NCBI GenBank assembly: GCA_964016885.1
Contig: OZ024740.1
Coordinates: 209,374,001-209,438,000, forward strand
Direction of reading: 5' to 3'
Length of the DNA stretch: 64,000 bases
From: Eledone cirrhosa
Taxonomy: Eukaryota
A model generated the notes under the pieces. The model saw only the letters and a program-made list of their open reading frames with translations, made no database searches and was not told where the DNA came from. This document shows positions 39,573-53,410 of the stretch, piece after piece (positions within the stretch are counted from its first letter, which is position 1; each line of letters opens with the position of its first letter). Both the position numbers and the translations under genes were made by a program.

Positions 39573-39680
39573 GGAACGAGTAGGAACCTACTCGTTCCTA
39601 TTACCCACTCTGCTACCCTAAGTATTGAGTACCTTGGTGCGTTATGGTCCACTTGGTTCCTTACCACATTTCCTTCGTTA
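39570..39680 (+). mobile_element. Fold-back element, family F, shortest copy
   Basis: Perfect 15-bp arms with AA loop (39570-39601) and tail TACCCACTCTGCTACCCTAAGTATTGAGTACC..; flanked by (TA)n. Confidence 0.75.
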
Positions 39681-40307
39681 TATATATACACGCACACACG
39701 CACACATTCAGACATCTCAATGAAAAGATAAAATATCAACTCAGAGAAGCAATTAAACTTAAGACAAAATCTTAATTGGCAGGAGGGGTGGTGGGTGTTA
39801 TAAGTTAAACAAACAAAAATAAGTCAGTTTCACTTGTATACTATCCTCAACTGCAGTTTCTGGAATTAAGAAACAATATTAATTATCAATAAAATCAAAT
39901 TAAAACAACCAATATTGGAAGAATTATTTTGGCTTAAATATATATATATATATATATCGTCCTCATCATCATCATCATCGATTAACATTCATCTTCCACG
40001 CTAGCATGGGTTAGACGGGTCCTATTTTGAGGCAAGTTGGGTCGAGTGATCGTGTCTCACTCATATAGGAGTGTTTATGGCTGGTTTTCTACGGTTGGAT
40101 GCCCTTCCTAATACCAACCACATTGACAGTATATATATATATTATATATATAGTGAAAAAATAACAAGGATGATTGGTTATTCCTTCATTACATTTATTG
40201 GTTGGTGACGTGCGTTTCACCACTGATCAGCTCATGGTTCGATCTGTATCGATCTTACCCGACTCTGTAATCTGCAGCTTGACGGACCCCTTGAAATGCT
40301 ACTCCCT

Positions 40308-40345
<38 letters not shown>

Positions 40346-40532
40346 TCTTAGGTGATGAAGCAAGTTGAATAGAACAGACATAATTTTGGCAGTTTCCCCA
40401 CACTCGATGGACAACTAAGTTCAAATTTTTTTAATTTGATCTCAGCTAGCCAAAATGCACACTTTCGTTAATCAGTGAGGAATATGACTTTGTGAGGGTA
40501 AGATGATACATAGTGTGTGTATATATATATAT

Positions 40533-40765
40533 GGAGGCACATGGCTTAGTGGTTAGAGCATTGACCTTTAAATCGAAAGGTTGTGAGTTCAATTCTCAGA
40601 CCAGGTGATGTGTTGTTTCCTTGAGCAAGACACTTTATTTCACATTGCTCCAGTTTACTCAGCTGTAGAAATGAGATGATAGGACTGGGGCCCATATCAT
40701 TCCACTGCAAAGTGGACGTGCCACAGCAAAAAAGGACCCAGCACTCACTGTAAATGATGTTGGTG
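40533..40765 (+). mobile_element. SINE-B, 3'-truncated
   Basis: Near-identical head and body to 27449. Confidence 0.85.
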
Positions 40766-40798
40766 TATATATATATATATATAAATACATATATATAC

Positions 40799-40834
<36 letters not shown>

Positions 40835-40837
<3 letters not shown>

Positions 40838-41222
40838 AAGAATGAATAATAACAGGTAGACATCATAAAAAGGTAATTTATTCCGTGTGCTTACAAATGT
40901 TTCCATGGTGGTAGTACAGCCTAGTTATGCTATGTGCAAATTTACAACTATTAGTTTTGCAAATAGTTGTAAATTTGTACATAGCATAACTAGGCTGTAC
41001 TACCACCGTGGAAACATTTGTAAGCGCACGGAATAAATTACCTTTTTATGATGTCTACCTGTTATTATTCATTCTTTATCTACACTCCAGAATACAGAAG
41101 GATCAGAAACTAAGTTTCTTCAACAATTCTTCCATAACTCGTTGAGTAACCTCTCCCCGTACGTCAACCATATCCAGTGTAGTAATTAACCATTACTGCA
41201 TCTAGGATAATCCTATACCTAA
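40835..41222 (+). mobile_element. Fold-back element in (TA)n with hammerhead 3' half
   Basis: Arms 40835-40952 and 40962-41079; GAAACATTTGTA followed by AATAAA; unique tail. Confidence 0.7.
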
Positions 41223-41277
41223 TATATATATATATATATACGCACACATTCACATTCACACACATATATGTATATAT

Positions 41278-41640
41278 CATCATTTTACGTCTGCTTTACC
41301 CTGCTTGCAAGGGTTGGACGGGTCCTATTCAGCACAACATCTCTCCACTTGTCATGGTTCTTTGTCATTTGCCTGAAACTTTTCTGATCCTATGATTAAA
41401 CATTTTTCTTCTTTTTCGTCCACTTATTCCTGTCACAGACAACTGTCTCCAATTGATCTGGTTGGATCCCCAAGTGAAACCAGCTGAGCTCATGGATGTT
41501 ATCGAACAGTCTTACACGGGGTCTATCTCTGGATCTCCTGCCTATCGGTTTTGCCCATAAAATCTATCCAATGATTCTTTCCTGAGACATTCTGACCACA
41601 TATCCTTAATATTGGAGCTATTATATCTATCTAAAAACCT
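41278..41640 (-). mobile_element. RTE LINE 3' fragment
   Basis: Minus-strand WAKPIGRRSRDRPR.. C-terminal motif and CCCTTGCAAGCAGGG..GACGTAAAATGATGA tail. Confidence 0.65.
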
Positions 41641-41863
41641 TTCATTATAATTTTACTGGGTAATTGCTGGCCTTGTGCCTAAAGTAGAAACAATTATAAT
41701 TTTATAAAAGAACCTCTGTTAACTTTCTAAACACTTCTTGATATTGTACAAGTTAGTTATATTACTGAGTCCTACCAATTTTTTTTATTATTTTCAAAAT
41801 CATAATTGGTATCATTCATTAGTGATATGGTAAAGAAAAAGTAAAATCTGTCTGCATCTAATT

Positions 41864-42221
41864 CAGTGTTTCTCAACCATTTCCCCTTGTGGAACCCTTG
41901 AAATAGTTTTCATGTCTTAGGGAACCCCTGCATCAAAATTATTATATAGCATTATTAATATCTACCTCTTTCATAGTTCATGTGGTAATCATAGTTCATG
42001 TGGTAAACATAAAATATTTATAATATAAGAGGTTAAAGCCTTTATTATAATGACCAAAGTTATTTCAACATTATGCAGTACGTGTATAGTAAAATTATGA
42101 ATATAAGATTAAACAAAAATTACTAAAAAATGTAGTTTATTTATCACTGTATCTTGCGGAACCTCTAGCGACCTCTTGCGAAACCCTAGGGTTCTGGGGA
42201 ACACCAGTTGCAAAAACTGTG
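41864..42221. mobile_element. hAT-Charlie-like MITE
   Basis: CAGTGTTTCTCAAC.. and ..GTTGCAAAAACTG; GGAACCC subterminal repeats; imperfect 8-bp TSD ATCTAATT/GTGTAATT. Confidence 0.7.
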
Positions 42222-42486
42222 GTGTAATTTCTATAGCTATGATACATATTCATAGTTTGATCATTGGGGAATACACTCCTTTAAAAACATTGTAATGAGT
42301 GTATTTTCTGCATTAATTGCTCTAAATAAATATCTTTTCTGTTGTCTGTTTGTCTTGTCACAGTGGTGCTGTTAAGTGTGCATTGATTTATATAATTTAT
42401 AAAAGTATGTCTCTATTATATGCGAGCACACATTTGTGTGTGTAAATATATACAGATATATAACTTTTAATATACATCAGAGAGAG

Positions 42487-42531
<45 letters not shown>

Positions 42532-43179
42532 TAGAAGGTAATGAGAAAGAAATGTAGTACAAGAATTGACCCCAGTATTGGATTGGTACGTTTTTATGTA
42601 CGTCGAAAAGGTGAAAGGCAAAGTTGACCTCAGCAGGATTTGAACTTAGTGTGACGATAGCCAGAATGAATGCTGCAAAGCATTTTATCCACCGTTTGAT
42701 CGACTCTTTACCACCTATAAGGACAGATATGTATGTATGGATCTGTAACTCCTGATAGAGTTGTAAGGGTGCCACTGTGGCATACAGCATTTTGGGGGCC
42801 TTTTAAGCCTGGCAGAGCCTATCTCCTTTCCAGGTCTGAACACTGCAGATTTCTTCCAGAGAAGGATAGAAAAGGAGAGAGAGCGAGAGAGGAGGTGAGA
42901 AAGATATACAGAGGAAGAATTGACCACAGTACTGGACTGGTTCATTTTTATGCACCTCAAAAAGACGAATGGTAAAGTTGACCTTGGCAGGATTTGAACT
43001 CAGAGAGTAAAATACCAGAATGAATATTGCAAAGCATTCTATCTGATGTTCTAATGACTCTGCCAATTTGCCGCTTACAAGAATAGATATAAAAACATTA
43101 AATCACTTAGAGCTCTGAATATTCACAAATTGTTCCTCTATATAATAAGCAAGTCTTGGAAGTTGAATTTACTCAGAGT

Positions 43180-43582
43180 TACTGTATATCCTTCAATATA
43201 AGCTGATCTGAATATAAACTGACCTTTCTCCCTATTTTATGTCTGAGAAATAGGTGAAAATCCAAACCTCATTTATAAACCAAGGCAACTGATCAACACT
43301 TTGTTTAGATGGCATATATATAAAGCCAACCTCCGATTTTACTAGCAATTTGTTTTTGTCACATATTCCTCGGCTTGTATTTGAGTATATACTGTCATTC
43401 TCCATAAGCCAACCCGCCCCCTCTATTTTATGTCTCAGAAATGGGCGAAAGTCCAAACCCCATTTATAAACCGAGGCAGCTAATCAACATATTGTTTAGA
43501 TGGCACATATAAACCAACCTCTGATTATACCAGCGATTTTTGGGTCACATATACCTCAGCTTATATTCTAGTATATACAGTA
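43180..43582. mobile_element. Tc2-like MITE, tandem dimer
   Basis: TA TSDs and TIRs; internal ~190-bp segment duplicated (43210-43394 and 43400-43580). Confidence 0.75.
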
Positions 43583-43761
43583 AGTTTAGTCATAGTAAAA
43601 CAATCTGGTATAATCTCTCTGGTAACCAGTTAATTTTCTCTTATGGATTATACTGAATTATAAATAATTGGATTTATAGTTGGAAAATTCAGATTAATTT
43701 GTAAATAATCACATCTAAGCTGTTATCAAGCAGCAGTCAATGAAATTTACAAGTTCAGAGT

Positions 43762-44703
43762 TTAATACACTTGAGGTAGGTGGAGTTGTTTTAGCTTGCA
43801 GTCATGTCATATTGTAGTACTCAATACACTTGACGTAGGAGGAGTTGTTTTAGCTTGCAGTCATGTCATATTGTAGTACTCAATACACTTGAGGTAGGTG
43901 ATATTTTTGAATACTGTCATGTCATATTGTAGTACTCAATACACTTGAGGTAGGTGATATTTTTGAATACTGTCATGTCATATTGTAGTACTCAATACAC
44001 TTGAGGTAGGTGATATTTTTGAATACTGTCATGTCATATTGTAGTACTCAATACACTTGAGGTAGGTGATATTTTTGAATACTGTCATGTCATATTGTAG
44101 TACTCAATACACTTGAGGTAGGTGGAGTTGTTTTTGAATTCAGTCATTATATTGTAGTACTCAATACTTGATATGGGTGGAGATATTTTAGAATGCTGTC
44201 ATGTCATATAGTAGTACTCAATATACTTGATGTAAGTGGAGTTGTTTTAGAATACAGTAATGTCATATTGTAGTACTCAGTACACATGATGTAGGTGGAG
44301 ATATTTTAGCATGCAGTCTTATTATATATATATAGTAGTACTCAATACAGTACATTGTCTAAATATATTGTAGTATTTAATACACTCGATGTAGCTGGAT
44401 ATGTTTTAGCATGGAGTGTAGTTATATATTGTAGTACTCAATACACATGATGTAAGTGGAATTGTTTTAGCATGCAGTCTAGATACATATATAGTAGTAC
44501 TCAATTCATTTGATTTAGCTGGAGATGTTTTAGCATATAGTCTTATTATATATGTATAGTAGTACTCAATACGCTTGATGTAGGTAGAGATGTTTTAACA
44601 TGCAGTGTAGTATATATATATATATATATACTGTCCAACCCATGCTAGCGTGGAAGATGGACGTTAAACGAAGATGATGATGATGATATATATAGTAGTA
44701 CTC
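43762..44703. repeat. 56-bp minisatellite, decaying rightwards
   Basis: Unit CAATACACTTGAGGTAGGTGATATTTTTGAATACTGTCATGTCATATTGTAGTACT with period 56 (43881, 43937, 43993); RTE tail inserted at ~44632-44686. Confidence 0.9.
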
Positions 44704-45044
44704 AGGAAACCAATGACTAGAAGAAAACACTTTACTTTCTACCAATGAAACGAATATTTTCTGTTAAGTGGTTTTCTGAATGTTTTAACTGTCTTCCTCT
44801 CTCTGAGTCATTCCCTAGTTACTATGTCTAGTACCACTTTTGCCTTTTCTCGTCTCATTACTCTGTTTTTTTATGTAATATAGCACCTAATTTTTATGGC
44901 TACGTTTTCCACTGAGAATAGACTCATATTTATTATCTATCTTTTCATTAATGAACTTGTAACACCTGTTTAACACTATCGGTGTCATGGATTTAACCTG
45001 AGAGCTGCTTACAAAAAACAAAATCAAGGTAAACAAAATTATTA

Positions 45045-45163
45045 AGCAGACACACACACACAAACGCATACACTCACTGACATGCAGAAATAAACACACA
45101 CACAGAGATGTGCATGCATAAACACACGTACACACACACACACACACACACAGACATGTGAAT

Positions 45164-45233
<70 letters not shown>

Positions 45234-45705
45234 CATTGACATACACAAACATGTGCATGCACAGATACACACATACACACACATACACACACAGACATAC
45301 AGGCATGTATGAACCCACACACACACACGCACGTGCATGTATGAACCCATACACACACACACACAGAAACAGATATGCACACATAAACACACGCACATAA
45401 ACACACACACAGAGACAGACATGCACACGTAAATACACACGCATATACAGACATACACACACAAACACAGACAAAGACATGCATGCATAGACACACATTC
45501 ACACTCACGTGCACAAACATGTGCATCATGCATACACACACCCATACATACACAAACACTCACATACACACGCTCGCATATACATACATTCACAAACACA
45601 CACACACATACATTCACAAACACACAAACAGACAGACAGACACACACACACACATATATATATACACAGACAGACAGACAGACAGACAGACACACACACA
45701 CATGT
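45045..45705. repeat. Degenerate (CA)n tract
   Basis: CA-rich simple repeat. Confidence 0.9.
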
Positions 45706-46902
45706 TTGTATTCATTTCAGTTATTTCTCTTACTGTTATTTCAACTGATCAAATATTTGTTAACTTTCATTTTTAACTTGTAATAAATCTTGTGAAAATG
45801 TTTACATTATATAATCAATATTAAGGGCAGTGGATTGGAGTCATTAGAGCACCGGACAAAATGCTTTGTGACTTTTACTTACTGCTCTATGCATTTTGAG
45901 TTCAAATTCTACCAAAGTAATCTTTACTTTTCATCCTTCTGGATTTAATAAAATAAAATACCATTCAAATAGTTGGATCGATATAATTGACTTCACCCTT
46001 CTCCCAAATTGCTGGCCTTGTCCCTAAATTAGAAATAATTTTAAAAACGATATTAAGGACAGTAGACTGATAAAGTCATTAGAGTGTTAGACGAAATGTT
46101 TTGTGGTATTTAGTTTCTGCCGTTTATGTTTTGAGCTCAAATCCCACCGAGGTCAACTTTGCCTTTCATTTTTATGGTATCAATAAAAACAGAATGGCTA
46201 GTTTGGACAGAAAGTGGTAAGAGAATTCTGGCCGGATGCAGCAGGTTAAAATGCTAAAGGGTTAAGAATTTCCTGTTTACTGTGACTATGCTAACATCAG
46301 ATTCTGTTGAGATAAACTCAGTTTATCAATGAGTATGATTTACATAGGTGTTTTATAGAAGGTGCACTATGATGGACAGGTGAGGTTTATGTGGTTTATG
46401 TGCCAGTCAATTTTTGTTGATTGGAGGGAGCTTCTGAATTCTAGTGTGCTACATACAATTCTGATAGAAAAGGTTTGAGAAAATTAGAGATTTGTTTAGG
46501 TAAAAATATATGTAAAGGTGATGTTTGAAGGGGACTTCTCCAATCTTAGGGTATGATTGTGATTATGGTGGGAATTTTCATGATCATATCAAGGTAGGCA
46601 TTTAATTATCATAATCATCATCGTCATATTAAATATGTTATTCATAGTTTGTCTTTTGTAAGATTTCTTTAATAATACATCAATTCCCATAGTAGTTTAC
46701 CTGCACAGGCTAATTTTTCCCTTGGTATTTCATAATTTCACATCTTTTTATTCCTTCCCACTGTTAAAAATAAAATGAAAAGACTAATTAGCCACAATCA
46801 ATAGCTGAAAGAAACTAGCTCTTGCCTGTTCTCATTACATTTTCACTTTGTGTGTGTGTGTGTGCGTGCGCGCGTGCACTTGTGTTTTTATAAATATATA
46901 TA

Positions 46903-47179
46903 CTAGCAAAAGAGCCCGTTGTTGCCGAGCACACCTTTCACCACTGTATATAAAGACCCCCCTCTCTCCTCAACATGGCCGTCTTTAAATAGCCCCAGAA
47001 CTCTGCTATTTTAGGGGAGAGCAAGATTTAAAGTATATGTTGACATGCTCTGGGAGTTAAATAACCTATGTATCAAATTTGAACAAAATTGGATGGAAAC
47101 TGTGGAAATACATTGCCTGCATACAGACAGACAGACAAGAGATGTCAACATGAATGGACCTGTTATTTTTATCTAAAGA
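46903..47179 (-). mobile_element. Non-autonomous Helitron
   Basis: Minus strand A|TC...CTAG|T termini, GC-rich subterminal segment before CTAG, internal (GACA)n and TCAAATTTGAACAAAATTGG motif. Confidence 0.7.
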
Positions 47180-47235
47180 TATTTTTTCCAATTCCAACCC
47201 GCCCGTCCCCTCATTCTATCTTATTTCTCATTCTT

Positions 47236-47270
47236 TCTTCTGATGAAGGATTAGCGTCCGAAACGTAAAG
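47236..47270 (+). ncRNA. Minimal hammerhead ribozyme motif (Penelope-like type)
   Basis: TCTT-CTGATGA-a-GGA(ttagcg)TCC-GAAA-CG-TA-AAGA: intact core, stems I and II, 1-bp palindromic stem III, GUA triplet. Confidence 0.7.
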
Positions 47271-47399
47271 ACCCTCTTCCTGCTATATCAAGCGCTAACC
47301 TAATATATCACTTCAATATACTGTACCGATTGTGTTGTTATTTCTGTTTACCTTTTACATATATATATATATATATACATACACTTACACACATGTAAT

Positions 47400-48420
47400 T
47401 ATCATTATCATTTTTTGTCCATTTTTTTCCATGCTTTCATGGCTTGGTTGTGTCTTCTCCTGCACCACATTTCATCATCCCATGTCATCCCTATTCTGAT
47501 CAGCATCCCCTATATCTTCCCTTGTTTTCTTCAGTCTTCCTCTTCAACAGGTTTCTTCCACTTGGATGTCTTCACACATCTTTATCTAGCCGTCATTATT
47601 TCATATTGGCAGTATCGATAGAGGGTCGGACGCCATGCTTTGACGCAAAGAGTTATGGCCCTTGCCATTCTGAGTTCAAATCCCACCGAGGTTAACTTTG
47701 CCTTTCAGGGTGGTGGATTGGCAGTATCGGTAGAGGGTCGGATGCCATGCTTTGACACAAAGAGTTACGGCCCTTGCCATTCTGAGTTTAAATCTCGCCG
47801 AGGTTAACTTTGCCTTTCATCCTTACGAGGTCGATAAAATAAAGTACCAGTAATACACTGGGTAATTGCTGGCCTTGTGCCAAAAGTAGAAACAATTATT
47901 TCATACACATCACATGTCTGGACCAATGGAATCTTCTTTCTTGCATATTATAGCTGATACCACTTATACTTAGTTTTTCTTTCAGCTCATTTATACTCTG
48001 TCATTCCTGTGCACAAACATTTCACATCCAAAGGAGCATGTTCATTTCATTTCATATTAGCCTTCACAAATTCTCTACATTCACTACATTTTGCTACCAT
48101 GCTGTATCACACTTCATATACAAATGTCCTACTATCTGCTCTTCATATAGAACAAGAATCTTTGTGTTGCTAGCAGAAGTAATAGCTCCCTGAACCTTTT
48201 TTATCTTGTTCTTATTCTGGCTAATGCTTTCTGGAGACCCACCTCTCCTTCAGTTTAGCTCATCTAAGTAACAAAAGCTATCAACTACTTCTAGGAAGAC
48301 TTCCAGGAATTTGGAAGATATAATTTCATGAGTTCTCTTGTTGCTAACAACTCCTGTGCATCTACTACACATGGAAATTTTCTTGATGACTCAGTCGGTC
48401 TCATGCTACTGTTTGTGCAC
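47400..48420 (-). mobile_element. Old RTE LINE 3' fragment interrupted by SINE-A (47606-47894, TSD ATTATTTCATA)
   Basis: Homologous to 25430-26140 and 59300-59950; the SINE has a duplicated head. Confidence 0.7.
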
Positions 48421-49319
48421 CCACATGCATACACATGCACATACACACACACACATATCTATATTTACTAGTTTGTTTGTATGTGTGTGTAACTGCGTGC
48501 ATGTCTATGTATAAAAGTAAGCATTTTTTAAACTTATAAAACCAGTTTATATACTTCATTTAGCAAAAGTAAAATAAAAAGTCATTCAAGCTTTTTAAGA
48601 TCTGTAGATGAATATTGAAAAGAAATTCTCTGTATAGCATTATTAACAACACTGTTTGTTTATATGTATATTTCACTTGTGTAAAGGTCATGACAACCCC
48701 CCTAGTGTTGGTGATCTACACAGTAAATGCACTCAGTACATGCTGTGAAGTGGTTGGTGATAGGAAGGACATTTAGCAATAGAAAGCTTGCCAAACAAAG
48801 GGTTGGGAGGACTCTCCAGTTGGGTCAAAGACATGACAACCTCTATAGTGCTGGGGCTGTAATAAAATGTACTTGGTATAATATGAAACCATATGTCAGC
48901 GAGATGCAAGCCCCAAGCCTCTCTGGGAAGTCAGTAACCCTGCTTCAGTAATGACACAGTCTATGAAGACCTGTCAAAACCTTGCTAGCAGGGAAAGCTG
49001 ACATTAAATGATGGTGATGGTGGTGATGGTGATGATGATGATGATTCTCTTGCTTCTCATTTTCCTTCTTTTTCTTTTGTTTCTTTCTCTCTATGATTCT
49101 CTCTGTTGTTTTTGTTTCTTAACTGTAAGGGTTACTAGATACCTCTCCTATTCAATCATGGCTTACTAGCTCTATACGGACATTTAAATTGATTATTTAA
49201 ATAAATCAATAAATAAGTTTAGTAATTCCATCTCCAAAGAGTAATTTTAGCCAAGTTTACTTAATCTTTAGCATGCTGAATGGTTTAATGAATTGCTTCT
49301 CTTGACACTGCATTATGTA

Positions 49320-49527
49320 TTAACCCTTTAGCATTTACATTATTCTATATTTACTATTGTATTTTCACAGTAAAGGCATTACCTCACATAATATGAAATC
49401 TATGAGATTTTGATGTTATTTATTTTGAGAATAATACCTTAATGTATGTATGAGCGGCCAGTTACAGCCGGTTTGAACAAGAAGAGAGAGAGAGTTCTGG
49501 CCAGATACAGCCGGTTTAAAGGGTTAA
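49320..49527 (+). mobile_element. piggyBac-type MITE family 1 (right TIR partly deleted)
   Basis: TTAA TSDs; same body as the other copies. Confidence 0.85.
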
Positions 49528-50469
49528 GGAGAGATTACTCTATTGGTGACATAAGGCACCTAGAGCATGCTGAAGGTTAATATTTATAATTTATTTCATG
49601 GTAGCAAACATTTTCGTCACACTGTTGTGACCTCATCATTAACACATTCTCACTGCTACTGCAACAAATTTTGGGTGTTTTTCTCAAATATTGTAAATGG
49701 CTCTGCCACATTGTAATTGTTTCAATTGCAACATAGCCTCAAATCAAGTCACTTGCTAAATAACTATTTAGTATCTTCTGTTTATTAAATTCTGTATAGT
49801 GTTATCATCACTTGATAACATTAATTGAAAACACTTGTTCACAAGAGTATGTGTGTGTATGTGGCGTGCGCACGCATGAGTGTGTGCATCTGTGTATGCG
49901 TGCCTGTGTCTGTGTATGTGTGCATGAGTGTGTGAATCTATGTGTATGTGTGCATGAGTGTGCGAATCTATGTGTATGTGTGCATGAGGGTGTGCATTTC
50001 TGTATGTGTGAATGTGTGTTTTTGTATTCGTGCATGAATGTGTGTTAATGTATATGTATGAGTGTGTGTCTACATCTATGCCTATAACTATGTGTGTATG
50101 TGCGTGCGTGTTGATGTGTATTCGTGCATGAGCATGTGTGTTTATGTATAAGTGTGTGTCTATGTATTTGTGTGTATGTCAGTATGTGTACACGTGTGAA
50201 TATGTATGTGTGTTTAAATGTATGAAAAAAGAGCAGTAGAATACTCACCCACTAAACTAAGTAAGGTTATAGTAAAGTTAAGTGGTCTACATTTAAAAGA
50301 ATTAATAATCTTGTTTTAGCATTTTCTTTATATCTTGAATGGTTGGTGTCTGTGTTGATTAGAGCTGCAGAAACACTATAAAACTAAGAGGAGTTATGTT
50401 TTTATATGTGAATGAATGTGTGTATATATACATTTTCCCTGGTATATATATATATATATATATATATAT

Positions 50470-50654
50470 AACAGAGGAATTGTGGTAAGGAACCAGATGG
50501 ACCATAACGCACCATAACGTACCAGAGTACTCAATACTTAGAGTAGTAGAGTGGGAAATAGGAAAAAGTATGACCCCGACGGCAGAGCTCAAGCCGTTTC
50601 GAGTCCAGAAATAGCCGTCGAAACGGCTTGAGCTCTGCCGTCGGGGTCATACTT

Positions 50655-50658
<4 letters not shown>
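50470..50658 (-). mobile_element. Fold-back element, family F
   Basis: Perfect 41-bp arms 50562-50602 and 50618-50658; tail homologous to 39601-39680; flanked by (TA)n. Confidence 0.8.
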
Positions 50659-50702
<44 letters not shown>

Positions 50703-51238
50703 ATATATGTGTGTGTGTGTGTATATATGTGTGTGTGTGTATATATGGGTGTGTGTGTGTATATATGGGTGTGTGTGTGTATATATGGGTGTGTGTGTGT
50801 ATATATATGTGTGTGTGTGTGTATATATATATGTGTATGTGTGTGTGTGTGTGAGTATATATATATATATATGTGCGTGTATGTATGCATAATTACATTT
50901 ATCTATCTGCTGTGCTAGGGCGAGAAATAAAATTCTAATTTTATCTACTTATCTATTTATTTTTATATATATATATATATATATTTGCATACGCATACAC
51001 ACCCACACCCACACACACATATATATATATAGGTGTGTCTGTGTACGTGGGTGTGTGCATGTATGAGTATGGGTGTAGGTATGAGAATGCATGGATGTAT
51101 GTGTGTGTGTGTTTGTAATCAGCAGCTGCTCTATAAACCTGATGACTGTATCTAATATATGTAAATGTCCTAATTAGTTAGATAATTAGTTCCTCCTTGC
51201 TCCCTATGGAACATTAAACACATTATATAGCTGCTGAA

Positions 51239-51271
<33 letters not shown>

Positions 51272-51275
<4 letters not shown>

Positions 51276-51455
51276 CCCGGGTTCAATCGGGGGTAACCAC
51301 AGTAAGTAAGGTACTCAATACATAGCAGAGTATAAATGTTTAATATAGAAATGGCTTCTACAGAACTAGAACTGTTTAATTCGAAGGAAATCACAAGGAA
51401 AGCTAGTCCTGTAGAAATCATCAGTTCTAGTCCTGTAGAAGCCATTTCTATATTA
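51272..51455 (-). mobile_element. Fold-back element related to family F
   Basis: Arms 51341-51374 and 51422-51455; tail carries ACTCTGCTATGTATTGAGTACC on the minus strand. Confidence 0.65.
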
Positions 51456-51551
51456 TATAAAATATAAAAATGATTACATTTAAGCCAAAATCTTAAATTG
51501 GAGGTGATATAAGCTATATCGGCTAAAATAAGTCAGTTTTACTTATACAGT

Positions 51552-51650
51552 TCTCTGACCATAGTTTCTGGAGCTCAAGAAACAACACCAATTATTCCAA
51601 GACATTGGTTTAACCAATACTGGAAGAATTTCAGTTCCTTCATCGGGAGG
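51552..51650 (-). ncRNA. Degenerate hammerhead ribozyme with long stem II
   Basis: Minus strand CCGATGAAGG...long hairpin...CCA-GAAAC-TATG-GTC-AGAGA. Confidence 0.5.
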
Positions 51651-51837
51651 AGAATTCTTACTTAGGAATAAGGGGACGAGTTGAATATATATTATACATA
51701 CCATGTCATTGCCAGACTGCATGGTGAACAATGTGTTGCATTGCTACATTACTATATGAATATATCCCACTCTATATATTAGGACAATATGACGGGCTTT
51801 ATACATATGTATATATATGTATGTATATGTATCATCA

Positions 51838-53410
<1,573 letters not shown>

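Noticed and set aside
50562-50658. Rho-independent terminator or pre-miRNA
   Set aside because: The context is eukaryotic, and the hairpin is a copy-specific inversion of a dispersed repeat family.
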